A DNA stretch of 63,596 nucleotides, counting the filler, from Intoshia linei (Eukaryota; Animalia; Orthonectida): the NCBI GenBank assembly GCA_001642005.1. It is 10 parts of 10 records of this genome, joined end to end, with 100 filler letters (N's around TTAATTAATTAA, not from the genome) between each part and the next. Parts side by side here need not be neighbours in the genome. Positions count along the whole stretch, not along the records: positions 1 to 13,058 come from LWCA01001040.1; 9 more parts are not named here. One strand, written 5' to 3'. Positions 1 to 13,158 of this stretch are shown here, in pieces. Position 1 is the first letter of the stretch, and the number at the start of each line of letters is the position of its first letter. A program made the translations under genes and the position numbers. The notes beneath the pieces were generated by a model, which worked only from the letters and a program-made list of their open reading frames with translations, searched no databases and was not told where the DNA came from.

Positions 1-472
1 TACTATACAAAATAAATTAAATTTTGCTCATTATTCATATTTTGAAGTGCTTTGTCCCAGGGCTTTATTTTAATCTTTTTTATATAATTTTTTGATAATT
101 GTGTATCATTCAACCCCATCTTCCACGTATGGGGTGGCACTTTTGTATATTCGCAAAAAAGTGAAAAATTCATACCCCTAACCGATATATTCTCAATTTT
201 TTTCATGAAATAGACCTCTCAAAATATTTATATTTGAAACTATCTACTGTAAAATGAACAAAATTTTGATTTTCAACAGTCAAGTAGTCAAGTCATGCAA
301 GAAAATAAATGTGAATTTCGATTTAATCTATACTGAAAATTTTCAAGTGCTTCTCAATTGTCGTGCTGGCCAGAAATCAGGATACATTGATAAATAAAAT
401 TTGACATTACGCTCAAGATGGGGTCCACGTGAAAAAACTTGAGAATGCCTGTACTAAATGAACAATATTTAC

Positions 473-1135
473 AGTTATGGCTGCATCAGTTTGAATATAA
501 TGATTCCTGTTAAATTTGTCAAAATCTGATCCGTCTCGATTTGACTTGCTAACAATACCAACAGTAGCACTATTGGATAAATTTAACGGACTTCCTAAAG
601 CAACAACCCAGTCTCCTGTTTGGATGTTTCTATCTGATAAAGGTATAGGTACAAAGTCTTTACTGCAATTGACTTGAATCAAAGCTAAATCCAATCTTTC
701 GTCCACTCTGACCACATTTCCTTCCAAAACTGTCCCATCAGACAGTTTCACATTGACAACATTTGTTTTTCCCACTAAATGAGCGCTAGTAACAATCAAA
801 CCAGTCGAATCTATTATAAATCCTGAACCATAAGCATTGCTATTTATCAGTCCAAAATCAACAAATAATGCGCGTTCTATACCAACAATACTATCCTGAT
901 AACTTGATATCATTTCAGGCAAATTGTCAACACTATATACTTTTAATTTTTTTGTAGGTTCAGCATGAATCGGCTTAATCAATTTATTCAAAAAATTTTT
1001 CTTTTTATATAAATATGTCCATTTTTCTACAAATACACTTTTGTTATTGTTATTGCAACATCTCTCGCAAATGTATAGTGAAGACAATACTATCACTGGA
1101 ATTCGTAGTATTCGCAGTTGAGAAAATTTTAACAT
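473..1135 (-). CDS. HTRA2: HtrA/Omi-family trypsin-like serine protease, first exon; the gene continues beyond the window start
   Basis: Motifs GSGFII, TSAHLV (catalytic His), DLALIQV (Asp), GDWVVALGSPL, YIQTDAAIT. Similarity ends at the donor ACT|GTAAAT (472), just before the expected GNSGG serine motif, which is not in the window. The basic/hydrophobic N-terminus resembles a mitochondrial targeting peptide. Confidence 0.85.
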
Positions 1136-1454
1136 TTAGATATAATAGGGCGATAATTAAGTGTTATAAATTTATTCCTCAAATAATTAGAAAGTTGTAT
1201 TCATTTTAAAATTTTAAATTGAAATTAAATTTTTTATGTTGATATACTAAATTTTATGTCGAAGAAATATTTGTACAATAAATATTACCTTTGTTTCCGT
1301 ATTTACGGTGAAAATTTTTTATCTGTGTCACGAGTTTAGTTATATTTAGTGTTTTAATAATTAGTTAGTAATTTAACTCAAACTAAATTTTAAATTCTCT
1401 AATTGTGACAAAATTTTAAATATTTAATATTAATATTAATTCCAAATATTTAAT

Positions 1455-1976
1455 TTAGATAAAAATTTGCCGAGACACTTTCGATTTTAAAGATCCCATA
1501 CAAAAATGTTCTAAAAAAATGAAAATATTAATTTATTTTATATATATATATATTGATATATAATATTATAATTTATATGGATTGTTACCATCGAATGTGT
1601 TAGCTATGTTTTAAGTGGCTTGTGTTGATCGTCATGTTTTGTAGTTCACTTAGTAGTATAGTACTTTGCATCTTTAAATGTAATTCTACCTCGTTTACTT
1701 TTTATTTTATCGATGTTTAATTTTCTTTAAATTTTTTAAAATAATCATTTTTCATTGATAACAATTTTCACTAAAAACAAAAATAAATCAGGTAGAATTG
1801 ACTTGAAAGATGCAAAGTGAACAACCAAACATGACAATCAACACAAGACCACTCAAAACATAGCGACAACCCCTCATCATAACATTTCAGTAAATAAAGT
1901 TATATTTTAGTTTTTGTAGAACATTTTTGTATTAAATTTTTAAAATGGCAAGCGTCTCAGCAAAAAATTATCCAAA
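1455..1976. mobile_element. Foldback-like long inverted-repeat element, ~520 bp
   Basis: Arms pair imperfectly along most of their length: TTTGCCGAGACAC..CAAAAATGTTCTA vs TAGAACATTTTTG..GCGTCTCAGCAAA, and CTTTGCATCTTT..AATTCTACC vs GGTAGAATT..AAAGATGCAAAG. Confidence 0.75.
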
Positions 1977-2765
1977 ATCATTTTTTTTCAGTGTAGCATA
2001 AAACTGTCATACGCGACTTTATCCGTTCCTGAACTCTAAAATTTCCAAAAAAACTATTAAAATTCACACCCTATACCAGTGATTCCCAAACTTTTTCCAC
2101 CATGGACAAAAAAAAATTTTTTGTGGACCACATAATTTTTTAAAAAAATCCCCTTAATCCCGAAAACGTCATTAAGGTTATATTTTAATTTTTTTATTAT
2201 GTATTTTTGCTTAAATCGAAAATTTTATATTAATTTTGACAAGGTAGCTTCAATGGTGTAATAAAAAAAATTCTTGATTTCAAACATACTTATGGCGAAC
2301 CAGTGCCGTATGCGAGATTCTTCCACCAAGAGATCTCGACGAAATTTTTTTTAAATGGAGGCTTTAATTTACTAAATTTAGCATTAAAAAAATTTTTGAA
2401 TATCAACTAATTTAAGTAATAAATTTAAAATGTTAACTCAAGAGTCTTAGAAAGGTGGATAGGGTTATATTTAGACCTTATAATTTGTTTACGAAATTTT
2501 TTAAAGGGATATTTTTCATTTTTAAAGTGGCGACGGGCTTGCTAGGTTCAATTTCGCAAACTACAATCGAACTAAGTTAAATCGTTGCATAGATTAAATT
2601 TAACGCACGTGAAAATTATTCACGTTATTCAGTAAATTATCATTTAATTAAATGATGTTTACGTTCACTAATAATAATAATAATAATAAATGATCGATAC
2701 AATTCTAATTTAGTATTATTATTATTTTTCAAGAGTGACGTTTTATTGCAGTTATTAGCAGTTAA

Positions 2766-3249
2766 CCCTAATTCTCCCAGACAAATTTTTTCAATTTTTT
2801 GGTAAGTTAATACATACTTGCCTATTTTTCACAATATAAAATTTTGTAGTTATGAAGTTATTTCACATTCCATATGTTCACTTGGGAGAATAAGGCAAAT
2901 AAAAGCGTGTATATATAAAACCGCATCGTCAATATCCTAATTATTTCATCAAATTGTAGCCAATACATGAATTCATCATATGGTGTTCATTAAATTTAGT
3001 TATCACAACTTTAACAAAAAAAATATAAAAAATTTTTTCAGTGAATTTTTTTGCTTTGAAAAATCATTTTGGTCCATTGTCAGTGACACAGGAGGCTAAT
3101 CGATGAAAACCATAACTAATATATTCAAATTTTATATACTATACTAATTAATTTAATTTTTCATATTTAATTAACTTTTTTTCAATTTGATACGTGTTTT
3201 TATAATTGTAATGTTGTGTGACCATATGGTCACACTGGGAGTATTAGGG
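2766..3249. mobile_element. piggyBac-type MITE
   Basis: TTAA target duplication on both sides; 15-bp TIRs CCCTAATTCTCCCAG / CTGGGAGTATTAGGG (14/15 match). Confidence 0.85.
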
Positions 3250-3882
3250 TTAAGGTAGTTTTATTATATTTTTATATTTCAAAATAAGATAAATTTGTAG
3301 TTTTGACCAAATGTACATAATAAAATTAATGAGATTTTATCAGTCTTGAAAATCTGTATTTGAATTTATGTTTGTTTAAATTCTGGGAAGTTTAGTTATA
3401 TATTAAAAAAAAAATAAAGGGTTTTTGACACTGAAAATGCAATTTTATCTTATTTTCTTTACCAGTAAAAATTGACTTGTAATTTTTATTTCATAAATTT
3501 TTGTGACTCGGTCGAAATAAATGAATACACAGAAAATCAGATACACAATTTTAGCAACTCTTAGTTTATATACGTAAGAATTTCAAAGTTTAAACAATTG
3601 GTTTAATTTTGAATTGTCTTAGTTGGATTAAAAATTATAATATGTCGAATCAAATTAATTAACTTAATGAAATGTAATTTATAAACAAGTTGACTAAAAA
3701 ATGATAGGCGTTGCCTATTATCTATAAATATATTTACATATTTATGGTAAAATCAATACAGCCCGTGTAATTGCTTTGAACATCAATTTATATCTAAAAA
3801 TATGCATTGTTTTGTTTCTATATCTTGACAACAAATATTTTATTATTCAATAAATTTTAGTACTGCACCGTGTTATTTTAAA

Positions 3883-6800
3883 ATGACTCAACAAAAATTA
3901 TCAACTTTAAAATCATCTTGGACACCTCTTACTAATGATAAAGCGAATGAAAAGGTTTTTATACAATATTTTCAATCAACTGAACCTATTAAACATAATT
4001 ATAACTTGTTTATAATATTACTTTACAGTTAGTACTGTATTTTAATTTAATTCGCAATAATTAATTCAATACTAATTAAATTTTTTTAGTTATTTAACGA
4101 AAGAAAAACACTGATTTTAGGATGGGTATTAGTCTTAATTAAACATTAACATTTTCACTATACAAAGTATACGCTTAATATAAGCCTTATATCACACGGA
4201 AGGTTTGGAATTATAATTGATTATAAGTTAAATCAATTCCAATCCCTGCAAGAATACTGATTATAAATAATTCCAACTTTTTAAGGTTGTCTCAGTATCT
4301 CTCATAATTACGAATCCGATCACCAGATCCGAACTTACCGTACCTCGAGACCTCACTATCGGTCCTATTTTCTAAATATCTAAATCGATCATTTAACATT
4401 TAATCTCAACTATTTTATATGCCAAATTTAAACTCTAAGTCCAGAGGCTGGACTCCAGACCCGTCAAGAGATGACTGGGATATATCAGTGGTTCCCTAAT
4501 GTCTCGAGTATGGTAGGTTGGGTTCTGCGGATCAGAATCAAATTCAGTCATCATCCGGATGATTCATCACTGTTATACATACATTCATTTAGTTTGATTT
4601 ATTTTCGCACAATCAAAAATTCGAAATTGTTACAAACATGATTAATAAATGTAAATCTAAACAAATTGATACAATTGCATGTGTAGTGGACAAAAAGAGA
4701 AATCATTTTCATGCAGATTTTACGAGATTTTTACCAAAAAAATTATCACTCAAAATTTTTGAATATTTGGACCCTAGATCTTTATGCCGAGCTTCCCAAG
4801 TAATTTATTTACTTATCATTAATAAATGGATAAACTGTCTTGAATTTGTAGAAACAGTAGCTTGCTCTGTTGACATCTAGATATGTTTTATAAACATTAA
4901 AAACCAAAATATACAATACACTATTTTAATAAAGTATTTATAATTATAATTATTTTAATAAGGTCGTCTACTTAAATCCAATCAATCATTTACTAAAACT
5001 CAGGGGTGTAAATTATGCGGCCATCGGGCCATTTGCTGCCCCAATTATGGAATGTGCGGCCCGCGTTAATATATAAATTTTTATTTTTTACACATATTTC
5101 TTATTTTACAGTTTTTGCATATATTTGATATATATCATGATTTATTTATTCATTATTACAATTTTAACATTATTTGTACACTTACTCCATTTTTATTATT
5201 TCATATTTCATTTTATGAATTAAAATTATTATAAATTAATTAAATCTGTTAGTTTTAACATAATCAAAACATAATGTTTTGAGTATAGATTTTTTTGTTC
5301 GGCCCGCGTAATAATTTTTTTTCACATTTGGCCCGCCAAGAAAATTGAATCTGACACCCCTGCTAAAAATCAAAATTTACCAACCCATAAGGGAAAAATC
5401 CAGTTTTATTAACCCTAATAAGTAAAATCCAGTTATATAGTATGCGTTAAATTTTTATATACATGTTTAGGTTTGTGGATATTGGAACTTTTTGTGTAAT
5501 TCTGATGAATTATGGTTACCAAAATGTGAAAGATTAAATTGGAAATTTTCAAATGAAAAACAAATGCATATGCAAAGTTACAAAGATTTATACATTTCAA
5601 ACATTATCAAATTGAATGTTAGACATGCAAAAGTAATATAATGAACTAGGTTGACTGTTATGTATTACGTACAAGCAGCACCTAGCTCTGCCGAAGGCAC
5701 ATTTTAATTATACCCAAAAATAAATTCACGTTGAAAATCTAACTCAAAAATCCTACTATTCGCTATGATCAATACTTTAAAGGAGTGGGTCCCAAACTGG
5801 TTTCAGGTGAAATCGTCATATCACATTCCTTTTTACTTTAAAATATATCATTCCATCTTAATTTTGTTTTGTTAACATTTGCGTAAAGAATTTTGCAATT
5901 TTTATCCCATTTTTTTAATTTATTAGACAGAATTTGTGTAATACACACTGTGTTCAAAATTTGTTAAAATAAAGTAAAAACAGTCCAATCCTAAAAATTG
6001 TCATAAATAGCATATATTCCAAAAAAAATATAATAATAAAAACATATTTTGTCATTTTCAATGTGATGATAAATTTTCAGTACCAATTTAATAAATACTT
6101 AAAAATACCAATTATATATCAATAATTAAGGGAATCTTCACTTTATAAACATATTTTAGGCGAATTTTACCAATATTGCAAAAGATTGTAATAAATATAA
6201 AAATGATAATAACAAAGTTGTATTACTTTTAGTTTGGTTGTTGTAGTTTTAAATTTGAAACAAAATGTTTTGAAAATGAGAATTTGAAATTTAAAAATTG
6301 CGTAGCAATGAAAAAAATTCCAACGAATTAAATTATATAGATTTTCACCCATATTTTTTTATTGGAAATGTGTAGACATTGAATGCTCATTTTTTTGAAA
6401 TTGTAGGATCAATATTTACATTTTCAATTTTTATTTTAATCGCAATATTTGAAAAATATTGGTTGATAATATATTAAAAATTATTTTTCACCGGGAATGC
6501 GTAGATTTCTTGGGTTGAAATTTTGTATTTATATCAATTGGAATAAGCTCTATGAGAATAATCTTTTTTTTTTAATTTTTGGATTGTTAATTATAATAAA
6601 TAAAAATAATATATTATGATGATGATTTTAAAATATATATCAGTTTATATTGTTTAAATTTTAAAATTCGTTAAGATTTTTATAAAAATGCCAATTGAGG
6701 TTTTTAATTCTGAAGGACTCAATTTTTTATAATGAAATTTGCGATAAAACCTCATCCTCTAAAAACCTTATTGGAAATAGTGTTTTTAAATCTATGTACC

Positions 6801-7092
6801 TCTTACTTTCTTAGATATAGATTTACACTGTAATCATAACAGGCAAACAGACATATATATTTTAGCTAAATTGGTTTATATCAGTAAGGATGGACGGATT
6901 AATATATATTTATAGATTTTATTTAAAGAAAAAAGAAAACAGAAGTTAAAATTAAAGATGGAAAACAAATTAAAAAAATATGGAGGCATTATACCGAAAG
7001 TACCATGGAAAAATGCAGATTACCAACCCAAAGAAATCATCAGAAATAATTATCTTGATAATGAAGACATTGTCAAAAATGTTCAGGAATAG
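3883..7092 (+). CDS. FBXO16: F-box only protein 16; exons 3883-3954, 4090-4125, 4593-4799, 5471-5632, 6916-7092
   Basis: Spliced translation SSWTPL..LFNERKTLILGW|FD..DFTRFLPKKLSLKIFEYLDPRSLCRASQ|VCGYW..LWLPKCERLNW..PWKNADYQPKEIIRNNYLDN follows the FBXO16 motif order. All junctions are GT-AG and in frame. The 3' end is uncertain (TAG stop or TA|GT donor). Confidence 0.88.
4324..4527. mobile_element. hAT-like MITE (CAG..CCGAACCTACC TIR family)
   Basis: Imperfect TIRs CAGATCCGAACTTACCGTACCTCGAGAC / GTCTCGAGTATGGTAGGTTGGGTTCTG; degenerate 8-bp TSD CCGATCAC/CGGATCAG. Relatives at 17511-17683, ~26547-26796, ~36360-36545, ~38682 and ~41240. Confidence 0.65.
5001..5362. mobile_element. hAT (Charlie/Buster-like) MITE in FBXO16 intron 3
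   Basis: TIRs CAGGGGTGT / ACACCCCTG, subterminal GCGGCCCGC motifs, 8-bp TSD CTAAAACT/CTAAAAAT. A partial reverse copy lies at ~60405-60497. Confidence 0.85.
5646..6890 (-). mobile_element. Non-autonomous Helitron, apparently full length, in FBXO16 intron 4
   Basis: On the minus strand it starts TCCTTAC (6890) and ends with a hairpin plus CAACCTAG (5646). Inserted between A and T with no TSD. The body is shared with the copies at 9119, 39779 and 57453. Confidence 0.8.
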
Positions 7093-8067
7093 TAATTTAT
7101 ATATATTTAAATCATGGTTTCATTATCAAATGGTGCTTATATGTTGAGGCAAATTTCTTTACTTTTAATTTACTTTTCTAGCATTTTTGGCGATTTTTTT
7201 TTATTCCAAACAATCAATGTAAAGGTGCAATTTCATAAGTTATGACTCATTATAATTAGTTGTTTATTTTTGTCCTTCCATATATTTTTTGTTTCAAATT
7301 TTTTTGAACTATTGTTATAAACGACCACGAGCCACTAAAAAGTGTTATTTCCACTTAAAATTACAATAATAGTGTATACTAAAGTATACATATATATATA
7401 TATACTATAGTATTCTAAAGTAGCAAATTTAGCCGAAGGTTTAATACTTATGGAGAAGCCAATAACTTAATAAATACTGCTAAATGCAAAATTTCTACCA
7501 GGCGTTGTAAAGTTCCTGTATAATCGGTATTAATCTAACATATACATTATTATAATGAATCTAATCTAAACATTACCTTACCTTTTCAAGCATTTTACAT
7601 AGATTAATTTCAAAAATTGACAATTTTTTCACATAAACATAATTAGGCCCAAAATCTTATGGTATCACCAATGGTGATTCATCATATTATTGAAAAAAAA
7701 ATTTTTTCTAAATCTCTAAATTAAACACACATAATAGCTATGATATTCAAGAATATTATTTTTTTATTGCTCAATTTAGAAAATAAGGCCCACTTCGTCG
7801 GTATTTTCAATACTGGGTATAATTTAATAAAATGGACAACACAACGTGGGTGCGCAATGTTGCGAATGAACCACGTCGTGTTTTATCCACTGTATAACAC
7901 AAAATTGATATATTTTAGAAATGAACGATAATGTTGATAATAAATAAATACATGTATTTAATATTTTTAATTTTAGAAATTCAAACATTGGCTACAAATC
8001 AAAATTGTATTTATCTATAAAACAATAAAATTTATAAATCAATATATGAAATTTATACATAAACATT

Positions 8068-11000
8068 TTAATTAACATTGCAAATTGTAAATATATTGGG
8101 CCAAATAATTTTATTCATTGGTGCATGTTTTTTTTGTGCAATTTTAAATCGCTTGATGATTTAGAACTAAAAATATTAATGAATAAATAATGAATTTTAA
8201 ACATCTTCAATGTACTGTGGGACTACTGCAGTTAATTAATATAATATAATTAAAAAAGTTCAAAATATACAAAGAAATTAATTTTAATTCAATACGATTA
8301 TAAATGTATCTGACGATGTAACAACTTACATATTAAGTTAACTTTTTTCTAAGTTCCTTTCAATAATCCTACATTTAAAAACATGGGGTTGATCAAATGA
8401 AACATTTCACAAATGATATTTATAAAATTTTACGTGACCTTAACCGTGGTCCTTCGGGCTAATACAAAACTATGCAGACCGGCGGTAGAGAAACACTTAT
8501 TGAGTTGATCGTAAGATATGCTTACTTATATACAATAAAAATTTTAAAAGAAAAAAGTCTTAGTCTTAAGACTCTTAAGAAATACTGAAAGTAAATGGTA
8601 ACAATTTATTTACTTAAATAAGCAAAAATAAATATTTATTCAGTCTTCAGACTTGAATAAACAAACTGCAGTGTCACATTAATATTCAAAAATTTAAATT
8701 ATAAACAAACCCGTGATCGCACATATTACAAGTAAATTTTCTTTCATCACAATGCTTATATTTTTTGTGAATATTTAAATTTTGGAGTGTAAAATATATT
8801 TTTTGGCATATATTACATTCAAACTTTTTGGTTGCTGAAAAGAAATAAAAATTACATAACGATAAAAATTTACTATCAATATTAGACAAATGTGATACCA
8901 GTCTTTGATTGGTAGAAAACATGTAACCACAATAAGGACATGCAACTAATTTATGATGAGTATGGGTATTAATGTGCTTGTAAACATTCATTTTCTTGTT
9001 AGAGTTGCAATCTAAAATGACGAAATTGATTTTCGATTTAAAGAAACTATTCCAAATCATTATTAGAGTTATAATGTCAATATTTTGTCAAACTATACAA
9101 CTTGTTTTTTATAAATAACTAGGTTAACTGTTATGTACTACGTAGCTCTGCTGAGGGCACATTTTTATTGTACCAAAAAAATAAATTCACGCTAAAAATC
9201 TAACTTAAAAATCCTACTATTCACTATTATCAATCCTTTAAAGGAGTGAAAAATAAATTCACGTTGAAAATCTAATTTAAAAATCCTACTATTCACTATT
9301 ATCAATCCTTTAAAGGAGTGGTTCCCTACTTAAAATACTTAAAAATACCAATTATATATCAATAATTAAGGGAATCTTCACTTTATAAACATATTTCAGG
9401 CGAATTTTACCAATATTGCAAAGGATTGTAATATATATAAAAATGATAATAACAAAGTTGTATTACTTTTAGTTTGGTTGTTGTAATTTAAATTTGAAAC
9501 AAAATGTTTGGAAAATGAGAACTTGAAATTTAAAAATTGCGTAGCAATGAAAAAAATTCCGAAACAATGAATTATATATATTTTCACCCATATTTCTTTA
9601 TTGGAAATGTGTAGACATTGAATGCACATTTTTTTTAAAATTATAGGATCAATATTTACATTTTTAATTTATATTTTAATCGAATATTTAAAAAATATTG
9701 GTTGATAATATATTAAAAATTATTTTTCACCGGGAATACGTAGATTTCTGGGGTTGAAATTTTGTATTTATATCAACTGGTATAAGCTTTATGAGAATAA
9801 TCTTCTTTTTTTAATTTTCGGACCGTTAATTATTTCACATTTTTTGTTTTAATAAAATATTTCGGAAAAAAATATATGAATACTAAAATGCTTTTTTAAC
9901 CTTAAAGGCGTAACTTATTCAGATTGAAATTTTTTTTTGTGTGTTAAGAGGATACAACTGTGCCACCTGTAATTTTTTTTTAAATTTTAGAGCTGTTTTC
10001 ATTAAAAAAAAGTGAATTTGTGGTTTTGGCCCTGAAGATATATTTTTTTTTAAATTTAAATTGATGATAATATTTATGATTTTAAAATCCGTATCAGAGG
10101 ATATATTTATTTTTATATTATCGAACTCTTTTGATTTTAAAAAAAAGGATAATTGGGCTTTTTTACTCGTAAGATGTAGTTTGGGAGGTTGAAATTTATT
10201 TTGCTAACACCCCCGGAAAAAACTGTAACTGAAATTTGAACTTTATAAAATTCTAAGACTGGTAGTTATTGAAATAAACGGTAACACACACACAAACAAA
10301 TATTACATAGCATATTATATATGTAAAAATGTAATATCTGGTAAAAATTATTTTATAAGTTTGATAAAAAACATTGACTAGAATTTCAGCGGTGACTCTT
10401 TCTCATCGTTACTCGGGTCTACCTTAAATAGAAACATAAAATTTGAAAATATAGAAACACGAATTTCATTTTCAGATTGAAAATACAGTAATGCTCTCAA
10501 ACCCCCTGAAACACCCTTTAATTTTTGATATAAAAAATTTATAAACATGCTGACATTAACTGACTTGACATTTAACATCTCGGACCAATTAATGGCGAAT
10601 GTGACAGTTGAAACATTGCGAAACTCGCTAAAAATGATTAGGAAAATTTCTATAAATAACCTTTCCAAAGACAAAATGAACTACAGCAATTGATTGCATG
10701 AGATTTATTAACGTGATCTACAAAGTCAATAATATTTCCAAACATCTACTATAATATAAATTTGCATAAATATATTTTAAACAGGCAACCTTGTTCATAA
10801 TAAAGTGAAACCTCGACTCAATTATATTTATTATTCACGATATATGTAATAAAATAAAAATACCATTCAAGTTAAATGTTTAACTTGTAATAAAGAAATC
10901 AATACCTCTGCACAATTTAACCAATCACAATAGTACCACTTATCAACTGGAGGTATTTGATTAATAGAATTTCTTTGGCATAATTTTGAATTTTTTATCG

Positions 11001-11396
11001 TTTTATTTAACAAATAATTTTCTCCTTTGAATTTCAGATATGTATGGTATAAATGGAAACTCATATGACTGTCATATAAGCCCTTTTCAATATTTTCACA
11101 ACAATGGGTCCAGTTGCATTTGTCTCTATCAACTTTGTTGGAATACAATAAAATACATAAATACTTAAATAAATTATGTACAAAATAAATGTAAATAAAT
11201 AATTATAAATTAATGCAAGAATAGTAGCAAGTTGTATGAATGGATAATGTAGTCCATATGAAATTTTTAAATTAGGATTTGCATTACCGTCATTTTCAGT
11301 TAAATGTTGAGATTTGAAATGAATATAAATTTCGCGTAACGTTTTGTATTGTTTTGAACATTCAACATTGTTTTCAAGTATGCAGCACATTAACAT
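8068..11396 (-). CDS. HINFP: Histone H4 transcription factor (HINFP/MIZF)-like C2H2 zinc-finger protein, multi-exon
   Basis: Motifs occur in HINFP order: HMSFHLYHTYLKFKG, QIPPVDKWYYCDWLNC, FVDHVNKSH..CLWK, INTHTHHKLVACPYCGYMFSTN, HKKYKHCDERKFTCNMCD, and last exon GSKSSSDLKLHKKKH. First-intron boundaries are uncertain. Confidence 0.85.
9119..10325 (-). mobile_element. Non-autonomous Helitron in a HINFP intron
   Basis: CTAG 3' end at 9119-9122; body matches the other copies; (CA)n tract near a degenerate 5' end; internal ~70-bp tandem duplication at ~9179-9320. Confidence 0.8.
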
Positions 11397-12530
11397 TATT
11401 TAACAATATTGTCTAAATTAAATGAAAAATTTTGAAGATTAATTGTACATTTTCATGTCTATGACTCCGGAAGCGTTCATTTCAACTTAATTTTTAATTA
11501 AACTTGAGATTATAAATTTAGATTATATTTAATTGTAGTCTAGAAATGATACATTTACGTTATGTTAAATAACTTATATATTTCTTATTGTGCAACATAA
11601 CAAGTTATCCAACAATCGGCCGTGAATCACGACACTGACGAAAGGTTAGTTGACAAAATTATTCTTAACTTGTATATCACTAGCTTTAATGTTATATACT
11701 TTGTACACATAAAATCTAGCCTGCCGAGGGACGACTTTTTGGCATGTCTTGATAGTGAATAACCTTCAATTCAGGTGTAAATTTGTATTTTTAGTTGATA
11801 TTTTTTTTAATTTTAGGGCTCATTTTATTTTTAAAATTAAAGCTAATTTTGGATTTTGGCCCGGAAGGACGCAATTTCTGAAAATAAAATTTACGATAAA
11901 ACCTTATTTTCGAAAAACGTGTGGTGATAATCCATAAAATTTTACTGGACAGTGAAAGGGTTAAACATACATTTTTAACGATTCTACTTTATAGAAATAA
12001 AGATTTTAAATTTAATTTTTGAGTGGGTAAAATTTAACAATTTGATGAATAATTGTTAATAAAGTTACCTAGAAACATCTGCCCTCGGCAGAGCTAAATA
12101 CTAAAGTTATAAATATACAAATAATCATGAAATTTTCAATTTTACTTACATTAAATTAGTTACTTAGTTAATAGTTATTTACATGCCTAGTGCAGAATTT
12201 TCACTTTTTATACGAGTTTGTTGGAATGCACGAACCCGAAGAATATAAACAAAGAAAATATGACTGCTAATATATAAACAATATATATTTAGTAATGAAT
12301 ACATGAATTTGGACAAATAATGTTTTATAAGTATTTTTAAAATATTTTAAATTTTGCATTAAAAACAATTAAAAAATATACTGCGTTAAAATATAAACAA
12401 TTGGTATACATTAGCTTTAAATTCTAGTCAGTAACTAATAGATAAAAGTAAATAAAAATTGAAATTATTCCTAATATTAAATAAATTTTTATTTATTAAA
12501 GTGAAATAACATCAAATTAATACACTAATA

Positions 12531-13058
12531 CAGGCTAATTCCTCGTTAACGGAAAAAAATTCCTGATTAACAAACTGTGAATTTTTCAAGTACAAAAGTT
12601 CGGTTTAATTTTAAATTTAAAATTATATAATCATAATTTTTAAAAACATCAGACTACTCGACGTAAACAGTTTTCATAAATCTTAATTTATTATTAATTC
12701 AACTTATATATTGTTAACGGTATTATGTGGTTGTAAAATATAATACATAAAATATTTGTGGATTATTAATAATTAAACCGGAAAATAAATACTTTGATTC
12801 TGATTAATATTAATTACGTTAAACTATGTACTCCTATTTACCTAAATCCTGTTAGTTAGACATCAATCAGACCGATTATTTTTATTTCATTATTATTAAT
12901 TCAACATAAACAATTCATTTAATTTGATTTTAAACGATACACTGACAATAATAAAAATGAAAATTAGAATATCATTTTCTCCACAACAAAAAAAACAAAT
13001 TTTAGATGATATCAAAATACACCAACAAAAATTTGTCTGTGAAAAGTATGGTCTTGCA
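12531..13058 (+). mobile_element. pogo/Tigger-like transposon 5' end, truncated by a gap
   Basis: TA|CAGG terminus at 12531. The ORF MKIRISFSPQQKKQILDDIKIHQQKFVCEKYGLA resembles the N-terminal CENP-B/psq HTH of pogo transposases. Confidence 0.55.
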
Positions 13059-13158
13059 NNNNNNNNNNNNNNNNNNNNNNNNNNNNNNNNNNNNNNNNNN
13101 NNTTAATTAATTAANNNNNNNNNNNNNNNNNNNNNNNNNNNNNNNNNNNNNNNNNNNN
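13059..13158. other. Assembly gap with a six-frame stop linker, one of nine
   Basis: N44-TTAATTAATTAA-N44. Also at 16990, 31013, 33879, 46125, 56629, 58939, 60305 and 62025. Confidence 0.97.

Noticed and set aside
413-472. HtrA lacking its catalytic serine
   Set aside because: The ORF tail is intron read-through; the GNSGG exon should lie outside the window.
6167-6352. Similar short ORFs at 6167, 9396, 40283, 40582, 61707 and 61738 that look like a gene family
   Set aside because: Chance frames within Helitron copies; the reading frame is not conserved between copies.
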